The translations under genes and the position numbers were made by a program. Below are positions 8,240 through 19,171 of a DNA stretch of 64,000 nucleotides, in pieces; the first letter of the stretch is position 1, and each line of letters starts with the position of its first letter. The notes under the pieces were generated by a model. That model did no database searches and was not told the origin of the DNA. It saw only the letters and a list, made by a program, of their open reading frames with translations. Source of the stretch: Tubiluchus corallicola (Eukaryota; Animalia; Priapulida); NCBI GenBank assembly GCA_030141605.1, contig JAQGDQ010000365.1, positions 168,643 to 232,642 on the forward strand, written 5' to 3'.

Positions 8240-10360
8240 ATGAAAAAACACTTAATAAAATTTATTGTCCTTTTAGTCATAGTAAACGCTTGTCACATGA
8301 AACAAGAAAACCCGCTATTGAAGCCATTCGATACTCCGTTTGGTGCCCCTCCATTTGATGAAATTAAAACAGAACATTTTATCCCTGCTTTTAATGAAGC
8401 AATGAAAGAACAAAATTTAAGTATTGATAAAATTATCAATAATGCAGAAGAACCAACCTTTGATAATGTTATCATAGAATTAGAATACAGTGGCAGCCTT
8501 TTTACTAAAGTTGCATTGGTTTTTTACAATTTATTGAGCGCTAATTCTAATGATGAAATTAGAAAAGTAGCGAAAGAAATAGCTCCACTTAGGTCTAAGC
8601 ATTATGATAATATTTTAATGAATGAAAAGCTATTTCAAAAAATAAAAAGTGTTTATGATCAAAGAGAAAGTTTGAATTTAACAACGGAACAAAATATCCT
8701 ATTAGAAAAAACGTACAAGAATTTTGTAAGAGGAGGAGCAAATCTAAACTTAGAACAAAAAGAAGAGCTCAAAAAAATTAATGAACAGCTTTCTGTACTT
8801 ACTCTCAAATTTGGAGAAAATGTACTTAAAGAAACTAATAATACCGAGCTATTAATATCTGATGAGAAAAACTTAGCAGGACTTACTGCCTCTATAAAGA
8901 GTGCTGCTTTTGAAACAGCTAAAGAAAAAGGAAAAGAAGGAGCATGGATAATAACACCCCAAAGACCAAGTGTATTTCCTTTTTTAAGATATGCCGAAAA
9001 CAGAGAATTAAGAAAAAAAGCATTTGAAAACTATATATATAGAGGAGACAATAATAACGAATATGATAACAAAGAGATAATAAAAGACATAGTTAAGTTG
9101 AGACTTCAAAAAGCACAGCTTTTAGGTTACAAAAATTATTCGGAATATACTTTGGAAAAAACTATGGCAGCAAAACCAGAAAGAGTATATGACTTGTTAA
9201 ATCAAATGTGGTATAAAGCTTTGAACGTTGCAAACAAAGAAGTTCAAGAGATGCAAAAAATTATAGATCAAGAAAAAGAGAGTTTTAAATTATCCCCTTG
9301 GGACTGGTGGTATTATGCAGAAAAAGTTAGAAAAGAAAAATATAATTTAGACGAAGAAGAGCTAAGTGAATATTTTGAATTAGAGAGTGTTAAACAAGGG
9401 TTGTTTGAAATTCTTGATAAACTTTATGGTATAACTTTTACAAAACTTGATAATGTACCATTATATCATCCTGATGCTATGGTGTATGAGGTGAAAGAAA
9501 AAGATGGAACACACATTGGGTTGCTATACATGGATTTTTTCCCAAGAGAAAGTAAGCGTGTTGGTGCTTGGATGACATCTTATAGAAAGCAAAGTAAAAC
9601 GAAAGATGGAGAGATGATATTTCCTATAATATCAATAGTATGTAATTTTACAAAACCAACAAGCGATACCCCCGCTCTGTTATCTTTTGATGAAGTAACT
9701 ACTTTCTATCATGAGATAGGACATGCACTGCATGGATTGTTTTCAAAATGCACATATCCTTCAGTTTCTGGAACGTCTGTTTATAGAGATTTTGTTGAGT
9801 TACCTTCTCAAATTATGGAAAATTGGATAAACGAACCAAAGGTATTATCTATGGTAGCAAAGCACTATAAGACAGGAAAACCTATTCCTAAAAATCTACT
9901 AGATAAAATGGAAAAAAGTAAATACTTTAATCAAGGATTTATTAATGTTGAACTTTTAGTAGCATCGCTATTGGATATGAAATGGCATACTCTTACAAAA
10001 TATAATGTTAAAGACGTAAACGAGTATGAAGAAAAAGTGTTGAATACGTTGGGCTTAATTTCTGAAATAGTTCCACGATATAGAAGCACATACTTTTCTC
10101 ATATATTTAGTGGGGGTTATGCATCAGGATATTATAGCTACACTTGGAGTGCAATGTTAGATGCTGATGCATTTGAGGCGTTTAAAGAAAATGGATTATT
10201 TGACCCTACAACAGCTCAATCATTCCGAAAAAATATTTTAGAAAAAGGTGGTTCAGAAAAACCTATGGATTTGTATAAATCTTTTAGAGGAGCTGAACCA
10301 AGTATAGATCCGGTTTTGAAAAGAAAAGGATTGGCAAATGTAGTAAAAGAGAAAATGTAA
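8240..10360 (+). CDS. dcp: M3 family peptidyl-dipeptidase (lipoprotein)
   Basis: Lipobox VNAC, NPLL...PPFDEI, HEIGH zinc motif, DFVELPSQ and GGYASGYYSY. Confidence 0.9.
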   Translation: MKKHLIKFIVLLVIVNACHMKQENPLLKPFDTPFGAPPFDEIKTEHFIPAFNEAMKEQNLSIDKIINNAEEPTFDNVIIELEYSGSLFTKVALVFYNLLSANSNDEIRKVAKEIAPLRSKHYDNILMNEKLFQKIKSVYDQRESLNLTTEQNILLEKTYKNFVRGGANLNLEQKEELKKINEQLSVLTLKFGENVLKETNNTELLISDEKNLAGLTASIKSAAFETAKEKGKEGAWIITPQRPSVFPFLRYAENRELRKKAFENYIYRGDNNNEYDNKEIIKDIVKLRLQKAQLLGYKNYSEYTLEKTMAAKPERVYDLLNQMWYKALNVANKEVQEMQKIIDQEKESFKLSPWDWWYYAEKVRKEKYNLDEEELSEYFELESVKQGLFEILDKLYGITFTKLDNVPLYHPDAMVYEVKEKDGTHIGLLYMDFFPRESKRVGAWMTSYRKQSKTKDGEMIFPIISIVCNFTKPTSDTPALLSFDEVTTFYHEIGHALHGLFSKCTYPSVSGTSVYRDFVELPSQIMENWINEPKVLSMVAKHYKTGKPIPKNLLDKMEKSKYFNQGFINVELLVASLLDMKWHTLTKYNVKDVNEYEEKVLNTLGLISEIVPRYRSTYFSHIFSGGYASGYYSYTWSAMLDADAFEAFKENGLFDPTTAQSFRKNILEKGGSEKPMDLYKSFRGAEPSIDPVLKRKGLANVVKEKM

Positions 10361-10388
10361 GACTTATTACAGAAGCTATGTAGAAAAA

Positions 10389-10835
10389 ATGAAAAAAATA
10401 ATTACTGTAATCTTCTTGTTATTATTAGTAATAATGTTTACTTCATCTGCACAACAGGTTGAGGGTAGAGTAGATGGCGCAAAGATAGAATTTCAACAGG
10501 AAAGTGTAGATTTTAAAAAGATTAAAAAAATATATCAAGAAGATACAGTAATCTATAAATTCATTTTTGAAAATGTAGGAACACGCCCTTTGCTGGTTCA
10601 AAATGTACTTACTTCTTGTGGTTGCGTGGTGTCTAGCTGGCCTCGCGAAGCAATCATGCCAAGGCAGCAAGCAATATTAGAAATTGTTTTTCATGCTGAT
10701 AAAAGATTAGGAGATCAAACCAAGAATATAACGGTAATCTCTAATTCGGTAGATGGAGAAAAGATTTTAAAAATAAAGTCAAAGATACTACCCGCAAAAA
10801 GAAACTATACAGGACGCCTTATAAAGTTTGAATAG
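10389..10835 (+). CDS. DUF1573 domain protein
   Basis: Signal peptide followed by FENVGTRPLLVQNVLTSCGC. Confidence 0.85.
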   Translation: MKKIITVIFLLLLVIMFTSSAQQVEGRVDGAKIEFQQESVDFKKIKKIYQEDTVIYKFIFENVGTRPLLVQNVLTSCGCVVSSWPREAIMPRQQAILEIVFHADKRLGDQTKNITVISNSVDGEKILKIKSKILPAKRNYTGRLIKFE

Positions 10836-10844
10836 GAAGTAAAG

Positions 10845-11720
10845 TCAAATAAACTTTTTTATTTGTTCAAATACATCTATGGTTGCTCTTGACTTATTGA
10901 GAGTATAAAAATGTAGTGCTTGTATACCGTTGTTTAGGAGCTCTTTGCACTGTTTTATGCTATATTCTAACCCTATTTCATAACAAGCCTTTTGATCATT
11001 TTGGTGTTTATTTATCTTCTCTGATAGGGCTGTTGGTATTTTTGCATGGCATAAATTAGATATCTTTTTTATTTGATTAAAATTTACTATTGGCATAATT
11101 CCCGGTATTATGGGAATGTCAATACCTATTTTTTTAGTATTTTCTAAAAATGAAAAAAAATAGCTATTGTCAAAAAATGTTTGCGTAATAATAAAGTCTA
11201 CCCCATGATCTGCTTTTTTCTTCAAATTTTCTAAGTCTGTTTTTTGGTTTGATGCTTCTGGATGCGTTTCAGGGTACCCTCCCGCCCCTATACAAAAATT
11301 GTCGCCATAGTTTATTTTTACAAATTTTATCAGATCAGAAGCATATTGAAAATCATTATTAAAGGCTTCCGTTTTGTTTTTCCCCTGCGGTATGTCTCCA
11401 CGTAACAGTATCAAGTTCTTTATTTTTTTCTGTAACAAAAACTCCATATCTGCTTGTACAGTTTCTTTTGAAGCATTTACACATGTATAGTGTGCTGCTG
11501 TGGTAAATTTTAAATTATTAGAGGCATAGTCTACTAAATTGAAAGAAGTATTTTTTGTTGAGCCTCCTGCACCAAATGTAATGCTTATAAACGATGGGTC
11601 AAGTTTTAGCAGTTGACCTATATTGATTCCAAATTCAACAGTATTCAGAAAGCTTTTGGGAGGAAAGAATTCAAAGGAAAAAGAGTGTTGTTTGGACTTT
11701 AATATATCTTTTATTTTCAT
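10845..11720 (-). CDS. metF: Methylenetetrahydrofolate reductase
   Basis: SFEFFPPK, TFGAGGS, LLRGD, GYPETHPEA, ITQTFFD and HFYTLN. Confidence 0.95.
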   Translation of the reverse strand: MKIKDILKSKQHSFSFEFFPPKSFLNTVEFGINIGQLLKLDPSFISITFGAGGSTKNTSFNLVDYASNNLKFTTAAHYTCVNASKETVQADMEFLLQKKIKNLILLRGDIPQGKNKTEAFNNDFQYASDLIKFVKINYGDNFCIGAGGYPETHPEASNQKTDLENLKKKADHGVDFIITQTFFDNSYFFSFLENTKKIGIDIPIIPGIMPIVNFNQIKKISNLCHAKIPTALSEKINKHQNDQKACYEIGLEYSIKQCKELLNNGIQALHFYTLNKSRATIDVFEQIKKFI

Positions 11721-11723
11721 CTT

Positions 11724-12695
11724 CTATAACTGTGCTTTTAAATACTTCTCTTCATTGCTAATATTAACAATATTTTTAAATTTATTTAATAAATTAAGTG
11801 TTTTAAGGACAAACTTTTTATGCTGCTTTGTTGATGGAAAAGTAGGCTTATGTGAAAGTGCATTAATTATCTGCTGCCATTCTTGTATGAAATTTATGCT
11901 TTTTTCGTCAAAATATATTTCAATAAATTTATTCCATATATAGTTAATAGCTTGGTTATTAGGGTGTATCATATCGGAAGAATAAAACCTGTAGTCCCTC
12001 AAATCATCTATCATAATTTCAAAGGCAGGGAAATATTCTACTTGTTTGTGTGTCTCTTTTATTTTTTCGCAAGCTAACCTTAAAATAGATTTACTTATGT
12101 TATTTTGTTCTAGAGCATTTTTTATATGCCTCACAGGACTTACCGTTAATATTACTCGAACATTGGGGTTAAGGGTATAGATGTGTTTTAATGTTTTTGA
12201 GAATGATGATACTATTTCTTCTACACTTAGCCATTTACTTTTAAATAATTCTGCAGGCATCTTATGACAATTGGAGACAATTTTTTTTGTTAATATTTGT
12301 TCATAGACATATGCGGTGCCAAATGTCATTATTATTACGTCAGAAGTCGTTAGAAATTTTTGGGTGGATTGTAGAGAGTTTTCTATTTGTTGCTTTAGGG
12401 CATTTTTGTTTAATGATGATAAATCAGAATGTACATTAAAGTTATACCAAACTTCTTGATTTTGCACATAGCTATCCTCTTTAAATGCTTTTTGCAGCAT
12501 AGCATGTTCTAATAACATAAAAATAGACAAAGGGTTGAACAGTGTTCCGAATGGATTGCTTAAAGCGTTAAATTTAAAATTTAATAATTGTTGGGCTATA
12601 TTAGTTGAGAAACAAGAGCCAATTAGAAAAATATTGTCTTTTAAAGATATTTTTTGTTCAGATGGTGTAATATAAATTTCTGTACGAAAATTCAT
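11724..12695 (-). CDS. GSCFA domain protein (SGNH-like)
   Basis: IGSCFS, NCHK, TVSPVRH and DDLRDYRFY...HP. Confidence 0.9.
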   Translation of the reverse strand: MNFRTEIYITPSEQKISLKDNIFLIGSCFSTNIAQQLLNFKFNALSNPFGTLFNPLSIFMLLEHAMLQKAFKEDSYVQNQEVWYNFNVHSDLSSLNKNALKQQIENSLQSTQKFLTTSDVIIMTFGTAYVYEQILTKKIVSNCHKMPAELFKSKWLSVEEIVSSFSKTLKHIYTLNPNVRVILTVSPVRHIKNALEQNNISKSILRLACEKIKETHKQVEYFPAFEIMIDDLRDYRFYSSDMIHPNNQAINYIWNKFIEIYFDEKSINFIQEWQQIINALSHKPTFPSTKQHKKFVLKTLNLLNKFKNIVNISNEEKYLKAQL

Positions 12696-12702
12696 CTATC
12701 TA

Positions 12703-13290
12703 CTATAATATTAGTAAAAGTTGAGTTAGGCCAATAGTAAAACCTAATACTCCCCCTAATATTTCTATAAGCTTAAATTCCTTCTTCATGATGGAGAATA
12801 AAATTTGTTCAAGTTTATTTATTGAAAAGTTCTCTACTTTAGTTTGTACTATTTCTTCTACGTTTATTTCCTCTTCCATTTTTTTCGATATATTTTCAAA
12901 TATCGTGGGTAATAATGTTTCTATCTCTTTTTGCAAAGTTGTTTTTATATTCTCTTTTGCTTCTGCTCCAACAAATGTGGATAGCAAAGGGAATATATCG
13001 TTTAGCTGATGGTTTAGAAAATGATCTAATTTTTCATCTATTAATTGCTTTATAGATTCAGTGTTTTTAGGGTTTGTTAATGCTTTTTTAATATCTTTTG
13101 TTGAAAAGAGTTCTTGAGCAACAATTTTTCCTAACCGTTGGGCTAATTTTTTTTGTCTTTTTGGAAAGACTCCTTGTAGTGTTATAAATAGTAGGTTTAT
13201 TTTTTTTCTTGGATGAAACAACATTTTGATAGCAATATAGTTTGTTATCCATCCAATAAGGGCTCCAATTATAGGTAGAGAGTAAATCAT
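12703..13290 (-). CDS. DUF445 family membrane protein
   Basis: IGWITNYIAIKMLFHP...PKRQ at the N-terminus and IEILGGVLGFTIG at the C-terminus. Confidence 0.9.
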   Translation of the reverse strand: MIYSLPIIGALIGWITNYIAIKMLFHPRKKINLLFITLQGVFPKRQKKLAQRLGKIVAQELFSTKDIKKALTNPKNTESIKQLIDEKLDHFLNHQLNDIFPLLSTFVGAEAKENIKTTLQKEIETLLPTIFENISKKMEEEINVEEIVQTKVENFSINKLEQILFSIMKKEFKLIEILGGVLGFTIGLTQLLLIL

Positions 13291-14340
13291 TTAATTATTT
13301 TTTAATAGCTCTTTTTTATGTTGTTGTAAATATTTTTCCCACTCCCATGCGTGTTTCAATGCGTCTTCTATTGAGTATTTGGGTTGCCACTTCATTTCTC
13401 GAATAGATTTTTTTGTATCAGAATATATAGCCACAACGTCTCCTGCTCTTCGTGCTCCTATTTCATAATTTAATTTAGCATTTGTTATTTTTTCAAAGGC
13501 TTTGATCAACTCTAATACAGTGTTTCCTTTTCCTGTGCCTATATTGAAAACAAAAGGAGCATTCTCTCTTTGACTTTTTTCAGAATATTCAAAAGCGGCA
13601 ATATGAGCTTGTGCTAAATCTACAACGTGTATGTAGTCTCTTATTGGAGAGCCATCAGGAGTGTCATAGTCATCACCAAATACAGTAAGCTTTTTGAATT
13701 CTTTGTCTTTGATAGCTGTTTTAGTTATGACAGGAACTAAGCTACTTGGTTTGAGCGGTAGTTCGCCTATAAGAGCGCTATGGTGTGCTCCTACGGGGTT
13801 GAAATATCTTAATATTATGGAGTTGAAATCTCTTTTTGTTACATGCATGTTTTTTATTAGCTCTTCGCAAACCTGTTTTGTATATCCGTATGGTGATTCG
13901 GCAGGCTTGAAAGGCGTTTTTTCTGAGACGGGCAGGTGGTCAGGGTTGCCATATACACTGCAAGATGAAGAGAATATTAAATGCTTTACATCATATTTTT
14001 GTATACATTTAATTAGTGCAATGGTGGAATTTATATTATTATCAAAATATTCTAATGGTTTTTCTACTGATTCTCCTACTGCTTTTAGTGCAGCAAAATG
14101 AATTACTCCTTCTATATTTGCTTCCTTTTCAAATACTTCTTCTAATGCTTGTTGATCGTGGCAATTTACTTGATAAAAAGGAACTTCCGCACCTATTATC
14201 TTTTCAATATTTTGTTTGATTGATAACACAGAATTGGAAAGATTATCCACAATGATAGGCTGATATCCTTTATTGCATAGCTCTACAATTGTATGAGATC
14301 CAATATATCCTAGACCACCAGTAGTTAATATTTTTTTCAT
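13291..14340 (-). CDS. galE: UDP-glucose 4-epimerase
   Basis: TGGLGYIGSH, HFAALKAVGES, YGYTK, LRYFNPVGAH and RDYIHVVDLA. Confidence 0.96.
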   Translation of the reverse strand: MKKILTTGGLGYIGSHTIVELCNKGYQPIIVDNLSNSVLSIKQNIEKIIGAEVPFYQVNCHDQQALEEVFEKEANIEGVIHFAALKAVGESVEKPLEYFDNNINSTIALIKCIQKYDVKHLIFSSSCSVYGNPDHLPVSEKTPFKPAESPYGYTKQVCEELIKNMHVTKRDFNSIILRYFNPVGAHHSALIGELPLKPSSLVPVITKTAIKDKEFKKLTVFGDDYDTPDGSPIRDYIHVVDLAQAHIAAFEYSEKSQRENAPFVFNIGTGKGNTVLELIKAFEKITNAKLNYEIGARRAGDVVAIYSDTKKSIREMKWQPKYSIEDALKHAWEWEKYLQQHKKELLKNN

Positions 14341-14446
14341 TTGTTATAGTTTTGTCAATAATATTGTGTCGCAAATATAATAGTTTTATTTGGCATTATA
14401 TTAAAAATAGATGATTAAGTTACCATTAGGTGGCAACTTCTTCTCT

Positions 14447-15613
14447 CTAACCAATAAAGCGTGTGAATAATACGCCATTGATATTTTTTATCATGTCAAT
14501 GATTTTTTTGTCAACATTTGACTCTACCTCAATAATGTTGTAGGCGACATTATTTTTATTCTTGTTTATAAAAGTAGCAATATTGATTTGGTTTTTAGAC
14601 AATACTTTAGTGATTTTTCGTATCATATCTGGAATATTTTTGTTTCCAACAATTAGCCTTTTTGCTCCAGAGTAATACATTTCTGTTTCGGGAAAGTTTA
14701 CAGAATTTTTGATGTTTCCATGTTCTAAAAACTCTTTTATTTGTTGCGCTGCCATTATGGCACAATTAACTTCTGATTCTTGTGTAGAAGCGCCCAAATG
14801 TGGAATGCAAATAACCTTTTTATGTTTAATGTAGCTTTCATTAGGAAAGTCTGTTACTACACAACTAATCTTTCCACTATCAAGTGCCTCTAAAATGTCT
14901 TTTTTTACTAATAATCTATCTCGTGATAGGTTCAAAATTTTCACACCGCTTTTCATGCAATCAATTTTGTTTTTGTCAATGAGATTTTCTGTTTTATTAG
15001 TTTGTGGTATGTGTATGGAAATAAAGTCTGACTTTTGAAGTAAGTCTTCTAGGCTCGCTGCCTTTTTCACTTCTGTTCTTAAATGCCAAGCACCATCAAT
15101 AGAAATGTATGGGTCAAATCCTAACACATTCATACCTAATTTTATGGCAGTGTTTGCCACCAGAGAGCCAATAGCTCCCAAGCCTATTACTCCCAGTGTT
15201 TTTCCTTTTATTTCTTTGCCTTTGAATGTAGACTTTTGTTTTTCTATCTCTTTGCTTAAATCTTCTCCTGTTAGTGTTGAAGCATTTACCCAATTTGTGC
15301 CTTCTATTATTGGTCTTGATGAAAGTATTAAACTACTGATAACTAATTCTTTTACGGCGTTTGCGTTTGCTCCGGGTGTATTAAAGACAACGATGCCTTT
15401 TTCTGTACATTTGTCTATGGGAATGTTGTTTACTCCAGCGCCTGCACGGGCGATGCATTTAAGGTTGTTTGTAAATTCTATATTCTGCAAATTAGCACTT
15501 CTTACTAATATAGCTTCTGGGTTTTGTGCATCAGCAGAAATGGTGTAGTGTTGTGGGTTTAATGTTTCTAACCCTTCTTTATTTATTTTGTTAAATGTTT
15601 TTACCCTGTACAT
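14447..15613 (-). CDS. serA: D-3-phosphoglycerate dehydrogenase with C-terminal ACT domain
   Basis: ARAGAGVNNI, NTPGANANAVKE, GLGAIG, PHLGAST and an ACT-like tail. Confidence 0.88.
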   Translation of the reverse strand: MYRVKTFNKINKEGLETLNPQHYTISADAQNPEAILVRSANLQNIEFTNNLKCIARAGAGVNNIPIDKCTEKGIVVFNTPGANANAVKELVISSLILSSRPIIEGTNWVNASTLTGEDLSKEIEKQKSTFKGKEIKGKTLGVIGLGAIGSLVANTAIKLGMNVLGFDPYISIDGAWHLRTEVKKAASLEDLLQKSDFISIHIPQTNKTENLIDKNKIDCMKSGVKILNLSRDRLLVKKDILEALDSGKISCVVTDFPNESYIKHKKVICIPHLGASTQESEVNCAIMAAQQIKEFLEHGNIKNSVNFPETEMYYSGAKRLIVGNKNIPDMIRKITKVLSKNQINIATFINKNKNNVAYNIIEVESNVDKKIIDMIKNINGVLFTRFIG

Positions 15614-15676
15614 GTATTGTTTGCGCGTAAATGTTAAAAAAAGTATTGTAATATATTTGCGGTTTGATACTCTATA

Positions 15677-16159
15677 TTAATAACTATTTTTTAGGTGCTC
15701 TATCAATACGTTGTTATCTAAAAACTCTTTAGATTCGGAGTAATCAAATCCTTTTTTTAGAATAAATTTAGTAGTTAACTCTCTTATTTTGTCTATTAAT
15801 TTTTTAGAATCCCAAGGTTTTTCAAAATAATTAGATACTCCACCCTCATTGATAGCGTTGATAGTGTCTTTGTGAGATGCCATTCCAGTTAAAAGGATTT
15901 TAAATGTATCTTTGAATCTGCTATCGTGATGAATTTCTGACAAAAATGTCACGCCATCTTTTTCGGGCATTACATGATCACAAACTATTACTGCTATGTA
16001 TCCCCCATTGACATCTATTTCTTCCATTAATTCATACGCTTCGCTAGCAGATTGACACTCTTCTATATTAACAAATTCTGAGAGTTTAGATAAATCTTTT
16101 ACAATAGTTGTTAGTACGTCTCTTTGGTCATCTACACATAGGATATATATGTTTTCCAT
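15677..16159 (-). CDS. Stand-alone response regulator (receiver domain)
   Basis: CVDD, phosphoacceptor CDHVMP, LLTG and EKPW; no DNA-binding domain. Confidence 0.9.
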   Translation of the reverse strand: MENIYILCVDDQRDVLTTIVKDLSKLSEFVNIEECQSASEAYELMEEIDVNGGYIAVIVCDHVMPEKDGVTFLSEIHHDSRFKDTFKILLTGMASHKDTINAINEGGVSNYFEKPWDSKKLIDKIRELTTKFILKKGFDYSESKEFLDNNVLIEHLKNSY

Positions 16160-16171
16160 AATTGATTATGT

Positions 16172-17543
16172 TTAGGTTTTTACAATAGGTAAAGTAATAC
16201 TAAATTCTGTGCGCCCAGGTTGGCTGTTTAAATTTATTTCTCCGTTGTGATTGTCTACTATTCGTTGTACGATAGAGAGGCCTAATCCTAGTCCAAAGGA
16301 TAGTCCTCCTATTTTGGTAGTTACGTCAGGTTGAAATACTTTTGATTGCAATTCTTTTGGTATTCCTGGCCCGTTGTCTATAATTTTTACTATAGCATTT
16401 CCTTCTTTTTTCGCTTATAATTTCAATTTTTGGATTTATGGTATTAGACTGCTCTAATGCTTCTTCGGAATTTTTTATGATATTTACCCAAACTTGCATC
16501 AGTTCCCCGCGGTCTCCATATATGTGTGCATCAGAGGATAGATTTTTTGTTACGATAATATTATGTATTGTCTTTTTTAGAAGAGTTAATGATTGGGTTA
16601 TGGTTTTATTAACTTCTATTATTGATTTGGATCTATCTTGCTGTGTTCCTAATAACTTTACTGATTGTATGATGTGGGAAGCATGTTGTGCTGCTATTTG
16701 CATATCATGTAGTGCTATTCCTAAATTCCAATAAAAAATAACTCTTTCTATAATTTTTTCATGTTTTTGACCTCGTTCGATTAATTTTTTTAGATCTTCT
16801 GTAGGAATGTCAATTTTGGCAAGTTCTTTTACTAATAAAGGATTAGTTCTTTTTAGTGATTTTTTAATTTTTTTTGCTTTTTCTCTTGCTTCTCGGGTTG
16901 ATATAGAGTATCCTTTTTCTTTTCCAAGTTCAAAGAATGTAGAGTAAGCTACATGTTTTTCTTTTATATTTTTTTGGATGTGGTTTTCTAACATCTCTGT
17001 GTTGTGATATAGGACACTAATGGCATTATTTAGTTCGTGAGCAAGTCCTCCTGCCATTTGCCCTAATACTTTTAATTTTTCGCTTTTTGTTGAGCGTTTA
17101 TATATTTTTTCTTGTCGGAGTAGGTAAATGGTTGCCAATTCACTTCTAAGAACAATGGTTTCTGTTAGAACAGGTATTAGTTGTTGTGAAAAGTTCCCAT
17201 ATTTTTCAGAGGGAACGGGAGCTATATTTTTGTCTATGTAGGCCAATACGGTGTCTTCTCTTGCTATTACGTCAGAAAAAGAGCGACCTTCTTTTTGCAT
17301 GTAACTTATAATTCCTACAAAGATACCTTTATCTGCTTTGGCAAACTTTAGGTATGTGCCTTCTTTATTTTCTACCATCAAGTCTACGACACCACTTTCT
17401 ACTAAATAAAGTTTGTCATTGAGCTCTTCTTTTCTTAGCAGAATTTCTCCTTTTTTCAAAAAAATTCTTTTTGTTGATTCGTTAAAATAAGTTTTTTTAA
17501 ACCATGTTAAACCTTTTTTTGTATCTAAATCTAAAAAATCCAT
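16172..17543 (-). CDS. Soluble histidine kinase with N-terminal cyclic-nucleotide-binding domain (one frameshift near 16406-16411)
   Basis: cNMP-like LKKGEILL...LYLVESGVV; H-box LAHELNN; N-box QVWVNIIKN. After a frameshift in an A-run the frame continues IIDNGPGIP...FQPDVTTK...GLGLGLSIV...EFSITLPIVKT to a stop at 16172-16174. Confidence 0.88.
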
Positions 17544-17550
17544 ACGTTTA

Positions 17551-19023
17551 TTATATAATTTCTAATAGTTGAAGAATAAATATCATGATAATAAGAAGTA
17601 TATTTCCTATTATGGCACCAAAAATTCCTAATGGAAGGAAGGAAGATGGTTTTATTATTCCCGTTCCGTGTGCTAAAGCATTGGGCGGGGTGCTTATTGG
17701 CAAAGCCATTCCAAATGAGCAGTTATATGCTACTGCTAATATTATTAAGTTTATTCCACCTATGTCTTGAAGACTACTCAAAGATACTGCTAATATTGCA
17801 ACGACAGGCATAAGCAAGTTAGCAGATGCTGTGTTAGACATAAAATTAGACATTAATAGAGCAAGTATAGAGAATAACATTATTACAATATAGGGAGAAA
17901 AATCGGAAAAAGGTATAGATGCGAGGACATTTTTGGCAAATCCTGTTTTTTCAAGTGCTAAGCCTAATGCTATTCCTCCTGACACTAACCACAACACATC
18001 CCAGTTTATTTTTTTTAAATCTTCTTTTGTGATAATGCTTGTGATAGAGAAAATACCTATTGGTATAGTAGCAACTACATAAGAGTTCAAATTGATCAAG
18101 TCTCCAAATATCCACAGCAACACTGTAATACTTAGTGTTATGTAAGTAATGTAAGGTTTTGTGCCTCTTAAAAACTTTCCTTTAATGTTTAGTTCCATTT
18201 TTTTTGTTTTAATTGGAAATAAAGTAATTAAGAATAGCCACCCTAATATAAGTATGACAATGACAAATGGAATAGAAAAAATCATCCAATCGCCAAAAGA
18301 TATATTTTCAAGATATTTGAAAGCAATAGCGTTGGGAGGAGTTCCTATTGGGGTTCCTATACCTCCAAGGTTTGCAGCTGTGGGTATGGCTAATATAAAT
18401 GCTAATCGGCCTTTGTCGTCAGGAGCTAATGTGTTGATTATGGGAAGTAGGATAGCCAACATCATAGCAGTGGTGGCGGTATTACTCATAAACATTGAAA
18501 ATACGCTTGTTATAAGCATTATGCCTAATAAAATCATTTTGGGGTTTGTGCCAAAAGGTTTGAGTAATACTCTTGCTAAGTTTAAATCTAACCTATATTT
18601 TATGGATGCCATAGCTATAAAAAACCCTCCTAAGAACAGAAGTATGATAGGAGAAGCAAGAGTACTCATAATGGTTTGGTATTTGATTAATGTTCCTACA
18701 TTTTCATCAATCAAAAAATTCAATCCTTTATCGGAGATTATAAATAGTTGCAATACTATTATTAGCATAGATGTGGCATAGATTGGAAAGGGTTGAATGA
18801 TCCAACATAATGCACCTAATAAGAATAGTGCTAATACTCTTTGTTGAATGACGTCAAAATTATCAATAGAAAATTTTTCAATGGGAATAAATAATACGGC
18901 TAAGGGAATAAGAAAACATAGTAGGTTTGCTATTATTTTTTTATTTCTTTTAGCTATTTTTCTTAATCGAAAAATATCTTGATTAAATTTTATAGCATTT
19001 TGGAGATTGGGGGTTCGTTTCAT
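17551..19023 (-). CDS. DASS/SLC13 family anion transporter
   Basis: Multiple TM helices; FMSNTAT, GTPIGTPPNA, FMSNTAS and PISTPPNA. The ATG at 19023 follows a TAATTTTG -7 element at 19047-19054. Confidence 0.92.
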   Translation of the reverse strand: MKRTPNLQNAIKFNQDIFRLRKIAKRNKKIIANLLCFLIPLAVLFIPIEKFSIDNFDVIQQRVLALFLLGALCWIIQPFPIYATSMLIIVLQLFIISDKGLNFLIDENVGTLIKYQTIMSTLASPIILLFLGGFFIAMASIKYRLDLNLARVLLKPFGTNPKMILLGIMLITSVFSMFMSNTATTAMMLAILLPIINTLAPDDKGRLAFILAIPTAANLGGIGTPIGTPPNAIAFKYLENISFGDWMIFSIPFVIVILILGWLFLITLFPIKTKKMELNIKGKFLRGTKPYITYITLSITVLLWIFGDLINLNSYVVATIPIGIFSITSIITKEDLKKINWDVLWLVSGGIALGLALEKTGFAKNVLASIPFSDFSPYIVIMLFSILALLMSNFMSNTASANLLMPVVAILAVSLSSLQDIGGINLIILAVAYNCSFGMALPISTPPNALAHGTGIIKPSSFLPLGIFGAIIGNILLIIMIFILQLLEII

Positions 19024-19171
19024 AGGTAAATAGTGTATAATTGCTGCAAAATTATATATTTTTAACAAGACTTTAAAAGATTTTATTTTTTTTCTCTCTT
19101 TTTTCTTAACATTGTCTTTAGCTAATTAGTTTATGCTATATATATTATATAAAAAAATTGGTTTTTAAATT

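Noticed and set aside
10845-11760. SAM or cobalamin riboswitch upstream of metF
   Set aside because: metF starts 3 bp after the GSCFA stop, so there is no leader space.
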